Shown: in pieces, positions 56,886-64,000 of the stretch
Position numbering within the stretch: the stretch's first letter is position 1
Layout of the letters: each line of letters begins with the position of its first letter
DNA from: an uncultured bacterium
GTDB lineage: Bacteria; Fidelibacterota; Marinisomatia; Marinisomatales; Marinisomataceae
Reading direction: 5' to 3'
Length of the DNA: 64,000 nucleotides
Assembly: GCA_943788675.1 (NCBI GenBank)
Contig: CALSRE010000002.1
Span: 6,679-70,678, forward strand
Notes under the pieces: generated by a model
Databases searched by the model: none
What the model saw: only the letters and a program-made list of their open reading frames with translations
What the model was told of the DNA's origin: nothing
Position numbers and translations under genes: made by a program

Positions 56886-58250
56886 TTGTTATTATTCATT
56901 GTGCACAAAAAATTAATCATCGCTAGCATAATTTTGAGTAATCTTGTTTTTTCTCAGTCCCTTCCAAAAAAATCTGAATTTGACATCAGTTGGAGCAATC
57001 CAAGCAAGTATCCTGATCATATTCTTTTGAACTATTCTGATGATCCTGCTTCTACCATTAGCGTAACATGGAGAACCAGTAGAGAAATAACAACAGGATT
57101 CGGTGAAATTGCAGAAGCGAAAGCAGACCCGAAGTTCGTTAATAAAGCTACCAGAACAATAGCTACGACATCAAATTTGAAGTATAACAATATTGTACAT
57201 CACTATAATAGTTCCAGAAGAAAGTCCTTTCATAATGTAAATCATAATTATCATTCTATAACTTTTAAGGATTTAAAGCCTAATACAGTATATGCTTATA
57301 GAGTTGGAGATGGTCAACATTGGAGTGAATGGATACAGTTTACCACAGCACATAGAACAAATGAGCCATTTTCTTTTGTCTATGTAGGAGATGCTCAAAA
57401 TTATATCTACGATTTATGGTCAAGATTAATTAGAGAGAGTTATAAAAAAGCTCCGCAAGCTAGCTTTATTATTCATGCAGGAGATTTAGTTGATGACGGT
57501 CACAATGAAGAAGAATGGCATGAATGGTTTGCCGCTGGAGGATGGATTCATAGAAGTCTTCCTTCATTAGCTGTTCCAGGAAATCATGAATATAGACCAT
57601 TATATCAAAAAGATATTGCTCCAAGAAAGAAATCGCTGTCAATTCAATGGAATCATCAATTTACTTTACCAAATAATGGGTTAAGCGATCTTCAAGAGAC
57701 GCATTATTTTTTAGACTATCAGGGTGTTCGCTTTATAGCTTTAAATAGCAATGAAAAAGTAAACGAACAAACTGAATGGCTAGAAACTGTTCTTAAAAAC
57801 AATCCGCATAAATGGACAGTTGTATTTTTGCATCACCCTATTTACTCAGCTTCGACTCGCAGAGATAATCCCGAACCAAGAAATCTCTGGAAACCCTTAT
57901 TTGATCAGTATGGAGTTGATTTGGTACTGCAAGGCCATGATCATTCTTATGCTAGAGGAGCAGCTTCTTTATATGAAGAAAATCTGTTAACTGGCACTAA
58001 TATAAAAGATGCCACAGGAACGGTGTATGTTGTTTCTGTAAGCGGACCAAAGCAATATGATGCCAAACCGAACTGGGATCAATATGATGCCAGAAGAGAT
58101 AAATCTGGAGAAAATAAACAGTTGTTTCAGGTAATATCAATCGATGGCAATATATTATCTTATAAGTCCTATACTGCAATTGGAGACTTATTTGATTCTT
58201 TTGATTTAATAAAAAATGATAATGGAATTAATTCATTAACTAATTATTAG
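56886..58250 (+). CDS. Purple-acid-phosphatase-like metallophosphoesterase
   Basis: N-terminal Fn3-like module (ISVTWRT), then GDAQN, AGDLVDDG, GNHEY, LHHPIYS and GHDHSY. Confidence 0.8.
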   Translation: MLLFIVHKKLIIASIILSNLVFSQSLPKKSEFDISWSNPSKYPDHILLNYSDDPASTISVTWRTSREITTGFGEIAEAKADPKFVNKATRTIATTSNLKYNNIVHHYNSSRRKSFHNVNHNYHSITFKDLKPNTVYAYRVGDGQHWSEWIQFTTAHRTNEPFSFVYVGDAQNYIYDLWSRLIRESYKKAPQASFIIHAGDLVDDGHNEEEWHEWFAAGGWIHRSLPSLAVPGNHEYRPLYQKDIAPRKKSLSIQWNHQFTLPNNGLSDLQETHYFLDYQGVRFIALNSNEKVNEQTEWLETVLKNNPHKWTVVFLHHPIYSASTRRDNPEPRNLWKPLFDQYGVDLVLQGHDHSYARGAASLYEENLLTGTNIKDATGTVYVVSVSGPKQYDAKPNWDQYDARRDKSGENKQLFQVISIDGNILSYKSYTAIGDLFDSFDLIKNDNGINSLTNY

Positions 58251-58253
58251 TTT

Positions 58254-59120
58254 CTAGAAAACTTCTTTGATTGCTGCTATTACTTCTTCTGGGGTTTCCT
58301 CTTGCACAAAATGTCCAGCTTGAGTCTTGGTTATTTTTGCTTGAGGTAAAAGTCTTGATGTTCTTCTTCTTAACTTCCACATTACAGGATCATTCATTCC
58401 CCATACAATTTGCGTTGGTCCATCATAAGATTGAAGATACTGCTCAATTTCTTTTTCAAGAGGTACGCTAGGATGATGCATACTATTAGGAACCATGCGA
58501 GCCAATGCTAACGGACCACTATTGTCTTTAAATTTTCTTAGAGGATATTTATATGCCTTCATGGTAGCAGAATCAAATGAACCAGGTACATTAGCAAAAC
58601 GATGTAAAAATGATAAAGGGAAATTTAACCCTCTAAACAAGAAATTGCTTAAAAGTGGTACTTGGGATAGATTATGAAACCAAGTAGGCTTAAATCCATC
58701 TTTTGGAGCGGTTATAGCTGTATTCATTACCACCAATCCATCTATTTTCTTGCCAGCTTTCATTGCACCAGCTACCCCAATCATTCCTCCCCAATCATGC
58801 ACAACCAATCCAATCTTTTCTTCTTTAATACTTGAAAAAAATTCTGCCATCCATTTACTATGAGCTTCTAGGGAATGTTCATTTAGTTTTATTTTTTCGG
58901 AGAATCCAAAACCAATTAAATCAGGAATAATATATTTATGATTGTCATCGAGTCCATCTAAAACTTTTTTGTATAAATATCCCCACATAGGATTTCCATG
59001 AACCATCACAATGGGCCTTCCTTGTCCTTTTTCCATAAGATGCATTGATTTACCAACATCAATCCATGAATGCTTGTAAGGCAGTTGATCTAACAACCAA
59101 GATGGAATAATAGAATTCAA
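58254..59120 (-). CDS. Alpha/beta hydrolase (haloalkane-dehalogenase-like)
   Basis: VMVHGNPMWGYLY, PDLIGFGFS, VVHDWGG and AGHFVQEE. Confidence 0.85.
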   Translation of the reverse strand: MNSIIPSWLLDQLPYKHSWIDVGKSMHLMEKGQGRPIVMVHGNPMWGYLYKKVLDGLDDNHKYIIPDLIGFGFSEKIKLNEHSLEAHSKWMAEFFSSIKEEKIGLVVHDWGGMIGVAGAMKAGKKIDGLVVMNTAITAPKDGFKPTWFHNLSQVPLLSNFLFRGLNFPLSFLHRFANVPGSFDSATMKAYKYPLRKFKDNSGPLALARMVPNSMHHPSVPLEKEIEQYLQSYDGPTQIVWGMNDPVMWKLRRRTSRLLPQAKITKTQAGHFVQEETPEEVIAAIKEVF

Positions 59121-59434
59121 TTCAGTTTATATTTTATAGGGATAATAACTGATGATGAAAAAATTTTATTCTCTTTCTTTGCAGGAGAAAATTTTACGCT
59201 TTGAACTGCTTCTATCGCCGAATCATTTAACGAAGGAACGCCTTTTAAAATTTCAATGTCAGTAACATTTCCAAATTTATCGATGAAACATTTTAATACA
59301 ACTGTTCCTTCAATATCTTTTTCCATTGCTTCCTTAGGATAAACAGGAATGATGTTTTCAAGAGGTTTAGGTTGGGTCATTTCTTGAGCAAAGACTAAAG
59401 AAGCAAATACAATAACTAAAATGAATTGTTTCAT
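59117..59434 (-). CDS. Small TonB C-terminal-domain protein
   Basis: Start at the internal ATG 59434 (MKQFILVIVFASLVFAQE; ATGA overlap with the upstream stop). PVYPKEAMEKDIEGTVVLKCFIDKFGNVTDIEILKG...LNDSAIEAV...KFSPA. Confidence 0.65.
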   Translation of the reverse strand: MKQFILVIVFASLVFAQEMTQPKPLENIIPVYPKEAMEKDIEGTVVLKCFIDKFGNVTDIEILKGVPSLNDSAIEAVQSVKFSPAKKENKIFSSSVIIPIKYKLN

Positions 59435-59868
59435 AGATTTAAATAAGCTAGTTGAGAATAAGACATATAAGCAATGATAAACCATCCCACTACAAACAAA
59501 ATAAAACGAAGTATGACGATATTACATGTGATTTGTACAATGGAATGGATAATCCTAATACTAACAAATACCCAAGCACATTGAATTAATATTGGATCAA
59601 AATTATTAATAGTAGCAATGGATATGGTTATTACATAAAACGCTACAGGCTGTTCAAATAAATGATTGTAATTATCCACCGTTCTTTCCACCCAAGCAGG
59701 CCCTACGGTTTTGACATTTTTTGTGTGAGCTGCATCTTGAGGATTTTTTAAGAACCTTACTCTTCCATAAACCATTATTAAAAAAATAATAAAGGTCCAG
59801 AGTGCTAAAATGAATACTGGATTTAGGAGTTCAAATTGATAGTTCATAGAGATAATTCCCACATACAC
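59431..59868 (-). CDS. MAPEG-family membrane protein
   Basis: RTVDNYNHLFEQPVAFYV and FVSIRIIHS match the R..N..E..P.F / R..H pattern of MAPEG. Confidence 0.6.
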   Translation of the reverse strand: MYVGIISMNYQFELLNPVFILALWTFIIFLIMVYGRVRFLKNPQDAAHTKNVKTVGPAWVERTVDNYNHLFEQPVAFYVITISIATINNFDPILIQCAWVFVSIRIIHSIVQITCNIVILRFILFVVGWFIIAYMSYSQLAYLNL

Positions 59869-59872
59869 AAAT

Positions 59873-60277
59873 TTACATATAAAGACTTATTAACTTTATG
59901 CATAGCATCACTATTCCAACATAAGTTGATAACATACCAGAGATTCTTAGAAAAGGATTGTAATCAAAAAAAGCAAAGCATACTGCATGTGCAATTCTGC
60001 CATATGTAAAAATTAAGGATGCAACTAACATATAATCATAGGAAGAAGCTTCAGTTAATTCAGAGACCAAAAGCAGTAAAAAATACAAAGGAACATATTC
60101 AGAAAAATTACCGTGAGCTCTTACATTTCTATTGAGCTTTTCTGGAGAAATTTCCTTATCCATCTTGAAGAATAATTTCATTACAGGACTTCCTCTCATA
60201 TAGCCTATTCGCATTGCAAGAAAGATGTAAAAAAGAGCAAGAATGCTTATAAAAATTGGTGTAAGAAATATTTTCAT
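59873..60277 (-). CDS. MAPEG-family membrane protein
   Basis: RAHGNFSEYVPLYFLL and YGRIAHAV. Confidence 0.7.
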   Translation of the reverse strand: MKIFLTPIFISILALFYIFLAMRIGYMRGSPVMKLFFKMDKEISPEKLNRNVRAHGNFSEYVPLYFLLLLVSELTEASSYDYMLVASLIFTYGRIAHAVCFAFFDYNPFLRISGMLSTYVGIVMLCIKLISLYM

Positions 60278-60513
60278 AGCAAAATATACGACAAACTATT
60301 TGAAATGTATTTTCTACTTAAAAGCATTGATGCAATCATTATCATAAAAGCTAATACAAAAAAATTCTCAATCTCAAGGCTTTCATTAATAATGACTAAA
60401 AGAATGCAAGTAAAGACAATGGGTGGTACTTCAGGTTCTGTAGGGGATGATTTACCTCCACCTCCACAAGTCCAGATGAATAAAATACTTAGCAGTAGCC
60501 AAAATTTTCTCAT
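60274..60513 (-). CDS. Hypothetical small lipoprotein or membrane protein
   Basis: MRKFWLLLSILFIWTCGGGG (lipobox-like). An equally long antisense ORF exists, so coding is uncertain. Confidence 0.3.
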   Translation of the reverse strand: MRKFWLLLSILFIWTCGGGGKSSPTEPEVPPIVFTCILLVIINESLEIENFFVLAFMIMIASMLLSRKYISNSLSYILL

Positions 60514-60645
60514 TATTTTCTCCATTATAAATTAAAACTGCGCAATAAACTTAGAACCATTCCATTCCCATCGCATTGCATCATATCCATTTGATGCATG
60601 TTTACTATCTCTAAATAAATCAATACTGCTGTTATTAGGGAATAT

Positions 60646-62646
60646 TTAAAAAATTCTATTTCCAGAAAGATCGACTTTTAATAAAAATATATCTGATTTT
60701 TGATTGAAATTAACAAAAGAATTAGTATATCCAGCAATTGCATAACCATCTGTTAAAGAAACAACAGAATATGCACCATCATTGAGGTTGCCTCCAAAAG
60801 ATTTTTCCCAAACTATACTAAGATTTGATGATAGCTTAGCAATATAAACATTATCACTCCCATTGCTACTGACATGTTTTCCAACTACTATATACTCTTG
60901 ATCAGTTGTTTGTTGAATATCATACAAAATACCTACACCTAAATCCAAAGAATTAACAGTTTGAAGACTGTTGTCTAAATGAAGTACAAGCATATTTTGA
61001 TTATTTGCATATCCTACCATAACAATTCCATTATTAGAAAGTGATTCACATAAAGCAAAAGCTCTATCATCATTTATAGAATAATTAATAATTTCTGAGA
61101 CCTCACTATCAATAGTATTGTCGTTTACAACGCCAACAAATTTTGTTGCCCATAAGCGATCATCTGATTGATAAGCAGAAGTTTGAAATCCAACGGTAAA
61201 AATATCACCATTACTTGCTTCTACAATATCAAAAGCAAATTCATCTTTTTCACCGCCATAATAATGCCAATCATTACCGTCGCTAAAAGGTAAAATGTCG
61301 CCATTTTGTGCAATTTTGACAAGCATGGATCCACTACCATTTGATCGAGTCATACCTGTTACCATCATATCGCCAGAAGAAAGCTCTATTAAAGAATATG
61401 CAATATCAGACTCATCTTTATTCTGGTTACCTATTCGTTTTTCCCATTCTATATTTCCTTGTACATCCGTTTTTACAATATAAAAATCACTACGACTATT
61501 AATAGTTGACCAACCAGCTGTCACATAACCTCCAGAAGAATGCTCAATAACTGCATAGGCTCCTTCATTTCGTCGATTATCTAAATTTTTAATCCATTCT
61601 AATACTCCGTTGGCATCAGTCTTTACTAATGCAACACTTCCATCGTCTTGATTAATTATATTGTATCCAGCAATAAGAAATCCTCCATCACTTGCTTGAA
61701 CAATTGATCGTCCAAGATCTGTATTATTATCTCCGAAAGAAATATTTTTATATCCAATATCAATATTCACTGTTCCAATATCGCTATAATCTGTTCCATC
61801 GTATGCTTTATAAGTAAAACTAACGCTAGTATTGTACTCTGACGGAATAAATGTTGCTACCGACCCATCAATTGAAACAGATCCGCTTGATGGACTATCA
61901 TTTATTGAATATGATAAATTATCACCTTCAATATCTTCGCCAGTAAGCGATATTTCAAGAGAATTTCCATCATTAATTTTTAATCCGTTAATATCACTCA
62001 CAATAGGTTTATCGTTCACAGGATTAATTGTTATAGATGCTGTAGAAGCATCGATGGAGCGATTAAGATCGTTGACATCAAATTGAAAAGAGTCGCCTCC
62101 ATAAAAATTAGGATTTGGTGAATACGTTGCTGTATTACCGCTCAATGAAACAGTACCATTAGCAGGTTGACTTACAATTGTAAATTGTACATTATCGCCA
62201 TCAACCTCTATTAAAGGTAAGGTAATATCAATGCTGGTATCTTCATCGATGGTTACAGATACGTTTCCAGAAGATGGATCGTCATCTAAAGCAAGAACAG
62301 ATATTTCTACTTTTGCCTTTAGACTTGTACCATTTGTAGAGGTAGCCTTATAATAAAATAAATCTTTTCCATTAAAATCAGTATTGGGTGTATAAGTTCC
62401 ACTGCTTCCTGATATTATTACATTACCATTTGAAGGCTGTGTATCTATTAAAAATGTCAATGGTAAACCAGAAGGATCAGTTGCTTGAAAAGGAAATATT
62501 ACAGCCTGATCTTCGCTTGTTGATAAAATAACACTAGATGCTACTGGTGGATAGGTTATAGATGGTGCAGTTGGAGACGAGCTACCACCATCACTACTAC
62601 ATGATAAAATAAATAGGAAAATTAATATGTTTAAATATCTTACCAT
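60646..62646 (-). CDS. Large lipoprotein with cadherin/Ig-like repeats and a beta-propeller-like repeat region. The reading frame continues past an in-frame TAA to 60532
   Basis: Probable start MVRYLNILIFLFILSCSS at 62646. Repeats of the type S.DED....PL...DP/DGD...F.I...P.NG.V...G..A.Y.PN..F.G.D.F. and VNDKP. Then repeated GG(Y/F)..AG(Y/W) propeller-like units. Confidence 0.7.
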   Translation of the reverse strand: MVRYLNILIFLFILSCSSDGGSSSPTAPSITYPPVASSVILSTSEDQAVIFPFQATDPSGLPLTFLIDTQPSNGNVIISGSSGTYTPNTDFNGKDLFYYKATSTNGTSLKAKVEISVLALDDDPSSGNVSVTIDEDTSIDITLPLIEVDGDNVQFTIVSQPANGTVSLSGNTATYSPNPNFYGGDSFQFDVNDLNRSIDASTASITINPVNDKPIVSDINGLKINDGNSLEISLTGEDIEGDNLSYSINDSPSSGSVSIDGSVATFIPSEYNTSVSFTYKAYDGTDYSDIGTVNIDIGYKNISFGDNNTDLGRSIVQASDGGFLIAGYNIINQDDGSVALVKTDANGVLEWIKNLDNRRNEGAYAVIEHSSGGYVTAGWSTINSRSDFYIVKTDVQGNIEWEKRIGNQNKDESDIAYSLIELSSGDMMVTGMTRSNGSGSMLVKIAQNGDILPFSDGNDWHYYGGEKDEFAFDIVEASNGDIFTVGFQTSAYQSDDRLWATKFVGVVNDNTIDSEVSEIINYSINDDRAFALCESLSNNGIVMVGYANNQNMLVLHLDNSLQTVNSLDLGVGILYDIQQTTDQEYIVVGKHVSSNGSDNVYIAKLSSNLSIVWEKSFGGNLNDGAYSVVSLTDGYAIAGYTNSFVNFNQKSDIFLLKVDLSGNRIF

Positions 62647-62647
62647 A

Positions 62648-64000
62648 TTAAGGAACCTTGATAAATTTTGTACCATTCCACTCCCAAATTTGTCCCCAAT
62701 CATTGGCTAGATTTTTTTTGTCATTTACTAACTCAAGATTTCCATCATTATCAATATCTTGTATTCTAATTCTAAACATTAAGTCCGCTTCTCCTGGTAT
62801 ATCAATATGAGGAATATCAATCATATTATCAGTATTATCAAAATAGTCATAATCTCCATTATGAGAAAAAATTCTCACTCCACCCTCGTCATATGACCAA
62901 GTATAAGAAGCAATAATTTCAATATTACCATCGCCATCTAAATCGTAAAAACCATGATCAACTACTTGAGTTGGTGATCCTGGATTAAAATCATTATCTA
63001 TCTTTGGAAATGTTATGCTGTTAGAAATATCAAATGTTCCATTATTATTAAAAAGAACTAAATTTAATGCCTCATTAGTATTCCAATTTATCCCATCTAA
63101 AATTAAGTCTGGCCAGTTATCTTTGTTAATATCAAATAATGAAGCTTCCCAAAAAGTTGCATCCATTCGGACTAATCGACTTGTATCATAGGTAAAGTTA
63201 CCTAATCCATCATTAATCATAAAATAACCATTCATTTCTCCATCCTGAGAGGAACATACATATATATCGATATCTCCATCATTATCAATGTCGGCAGATG
63301 TTCCGCCATGAGCGTATACTGCTTCATAGTCATCAAAAATTTTAAAATTAAACGTACCATCACTATTGCTAAAAATTCCAGCTTGATGTGCTTGCTGGCC
63401 AGCATGAGCTCCAGTATCAAAATAGAATGTATCTGGGATATTATCACCATTGAAATCACCAACAATATCTTTCCTAGTAAATAAAGTTCCTGTATTATTT
63501 TGAATTAAATAACTGGCATCAGTAAATGTGTCATCGCCGTTATTTAAATATAGAAAACTTGGTTTTCGAGTCTCAGTTTCATCATTAAATGAAAGCATTA
63601 CATCAATATCACCATCTCCGTCATAGTCTGCTTCTCCAGCCCATTCAGCACCATGACTAAAGTTATTCCAAAAATATTGTTGATCTATCCATAGATCGCT
63701 GTTTCTAAGTTCGTAAGCCGAGCGATTATAATTAATATAACGTTTAAAGTTGATATCTACTTTGGCAGTATTCCCATATTCAGTTCCATCGTAGGCATAA
63801 TAGGTTAAGCTATCTGCACCCCAGAACGAGCTGGATTTATTTATTGTTAGCGTGCTTCCATCTATAGAAGCTGATATGTTGGTAGGGTTGTCTACGATTT
63901 CAAAACTAACATTATCACCTTCTACATCAGAAGCTGCTAATGTAAGAGTTAAGTTTGCATTATTCCATCCCTGAGCAGATGTATGATCTACAACAGGTGC
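62648..64000 (-). CDS. FG-GAP/VCBS-repeat surface protein, 5-prime end outside the window
   Basis: The frame is open from 64000. Ca-binding-like repeats GDFNGDNIPD, DIDNDGDIDIYV, DINKDNWPDL, DLDGDGNIEII and DIDNDGNLELV. The upstream part is cadherin-like. Ends WEWNGTKFIKVP. Confidence 0.75.
   Translation of the reverse strand, partial: APVVDHTSAQGWNNANLTLTLAASDVEGDNVSFEIVDNPTNISASIDGSTLTINKSSSFWGADSLTYYAYDGTEYGNTAKVDINFKRYINYNRSAYELRNSDLWIDQQYFWNNFSHGAEWAGEADYDGDGDIDVMLSFNDETETRKPSFLYLNNGDDTFTDASYLIQNNTGTLFTRKDIVGDFNGDNIPDTFYFDTGAHAGQQAHQAGIFSNSDGTFNFKIFDDYEAVYAHGGTSADIDNDGDIDIYVCSSQDGEMNGYFMINDGLGNFTYDTSRLVRMDATFWEASLFDINKDNWPDLILDGINWNTNEALNLVLFNNNGTFDISNSITFPKIDNDFNPGSPTQVVDHGFYDLDGDGNIEIIASYTWSYDEGGVRIFSHNGDYDYFDNTDNMIDIPHIDIPGEADLMFRIRIQDIDNDGNLELVNDKKNLANDWGQIWEWNGTKFIKVP

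Noticed and set aside
1-64000. A search by eye for rRNA, tRNA, tmRNA, CRISPR repeats, transposases, integrases, IS inverted repeats and prophage genes.
   Set aside because: I found no tRNA-like T-arm or acceptor signatures in intergenic regions, no regularly spaced direct repeats, and no transposase or integrase motifs in any ORF. This is absence of evidence from manual inspection only. tRNAscan-SE, Infernal and CRISPR finders should be run to confirm.

Overview
AT-rich bacterial chromosomal window (roughly one-third GC by eye) with about 85 genes, almost all on the minus strand. Several features suggest the FCB group (Bacteroidota, Marinimicrobia and relatives): a T9SS-type C-terminal sorting domain, a TonB-dependent receptor, and many lipoproteins and small beta-barrels. 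Gene content from left to right is as follows. (1) A decayed type I R-M locus (hsdS fragment, hsdM pseudogene) directly follows a tightly coupled 7-gene operon at 1913-6856. This operon encodes a membrane-anchored GrpE-like protein, a divergent Hsp70 ATPase, a soluble M48 peptidase, a tail-anchored J-like protein, a 2-TM peptide and two nuclease-fold proteins. It is my best candidate for an undescribed, possibly defence-related system. (2) A thiol/redox cluster: glutaredoxin, DoxX, two CDGSH proteins, HxlR, AhpD-like. (3) rmuC, rimK-like, nitroreductase, cutA, DUF885. (4) The conserved thrS-infC-rpmI-rplT-pheS-pheT-zapA-folD block, here riddled with frameshifts. (5) A TonB-dependent receptor with paired 19-bp operator-like palindromes, a TolB-like propeller, an M28/PDZ peptidase, YqaA and a 1228-aa T9SS-sorted surface protein. 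(6) A lipoprotein triplet. (7) Broken aminotransferase and alkylsulfatase genes, then apt. (8) An operon of DUF2256, S1/P1 nuclease, photolyase, rhodanese and MBL-rhodanese. (9) Assorted envelope proteins, a zincless Fpg/Nei glycosylase and a phosphatase cluster. (10) MAPEG/TonB-C genes and two large cadherin-like/FG-GAP surface proteins. I recognised no rRNA, tRNA, CRISPR array, transposase or integrase. Major caveat: gene disruptions (indels and a few in-frame stops) are frequent and patchy and hit essential genes. Local sequence or assembly error is therefore at least as likely as true pseudogenisation. All family assignments rest on motif recognition by eye, not on searches.
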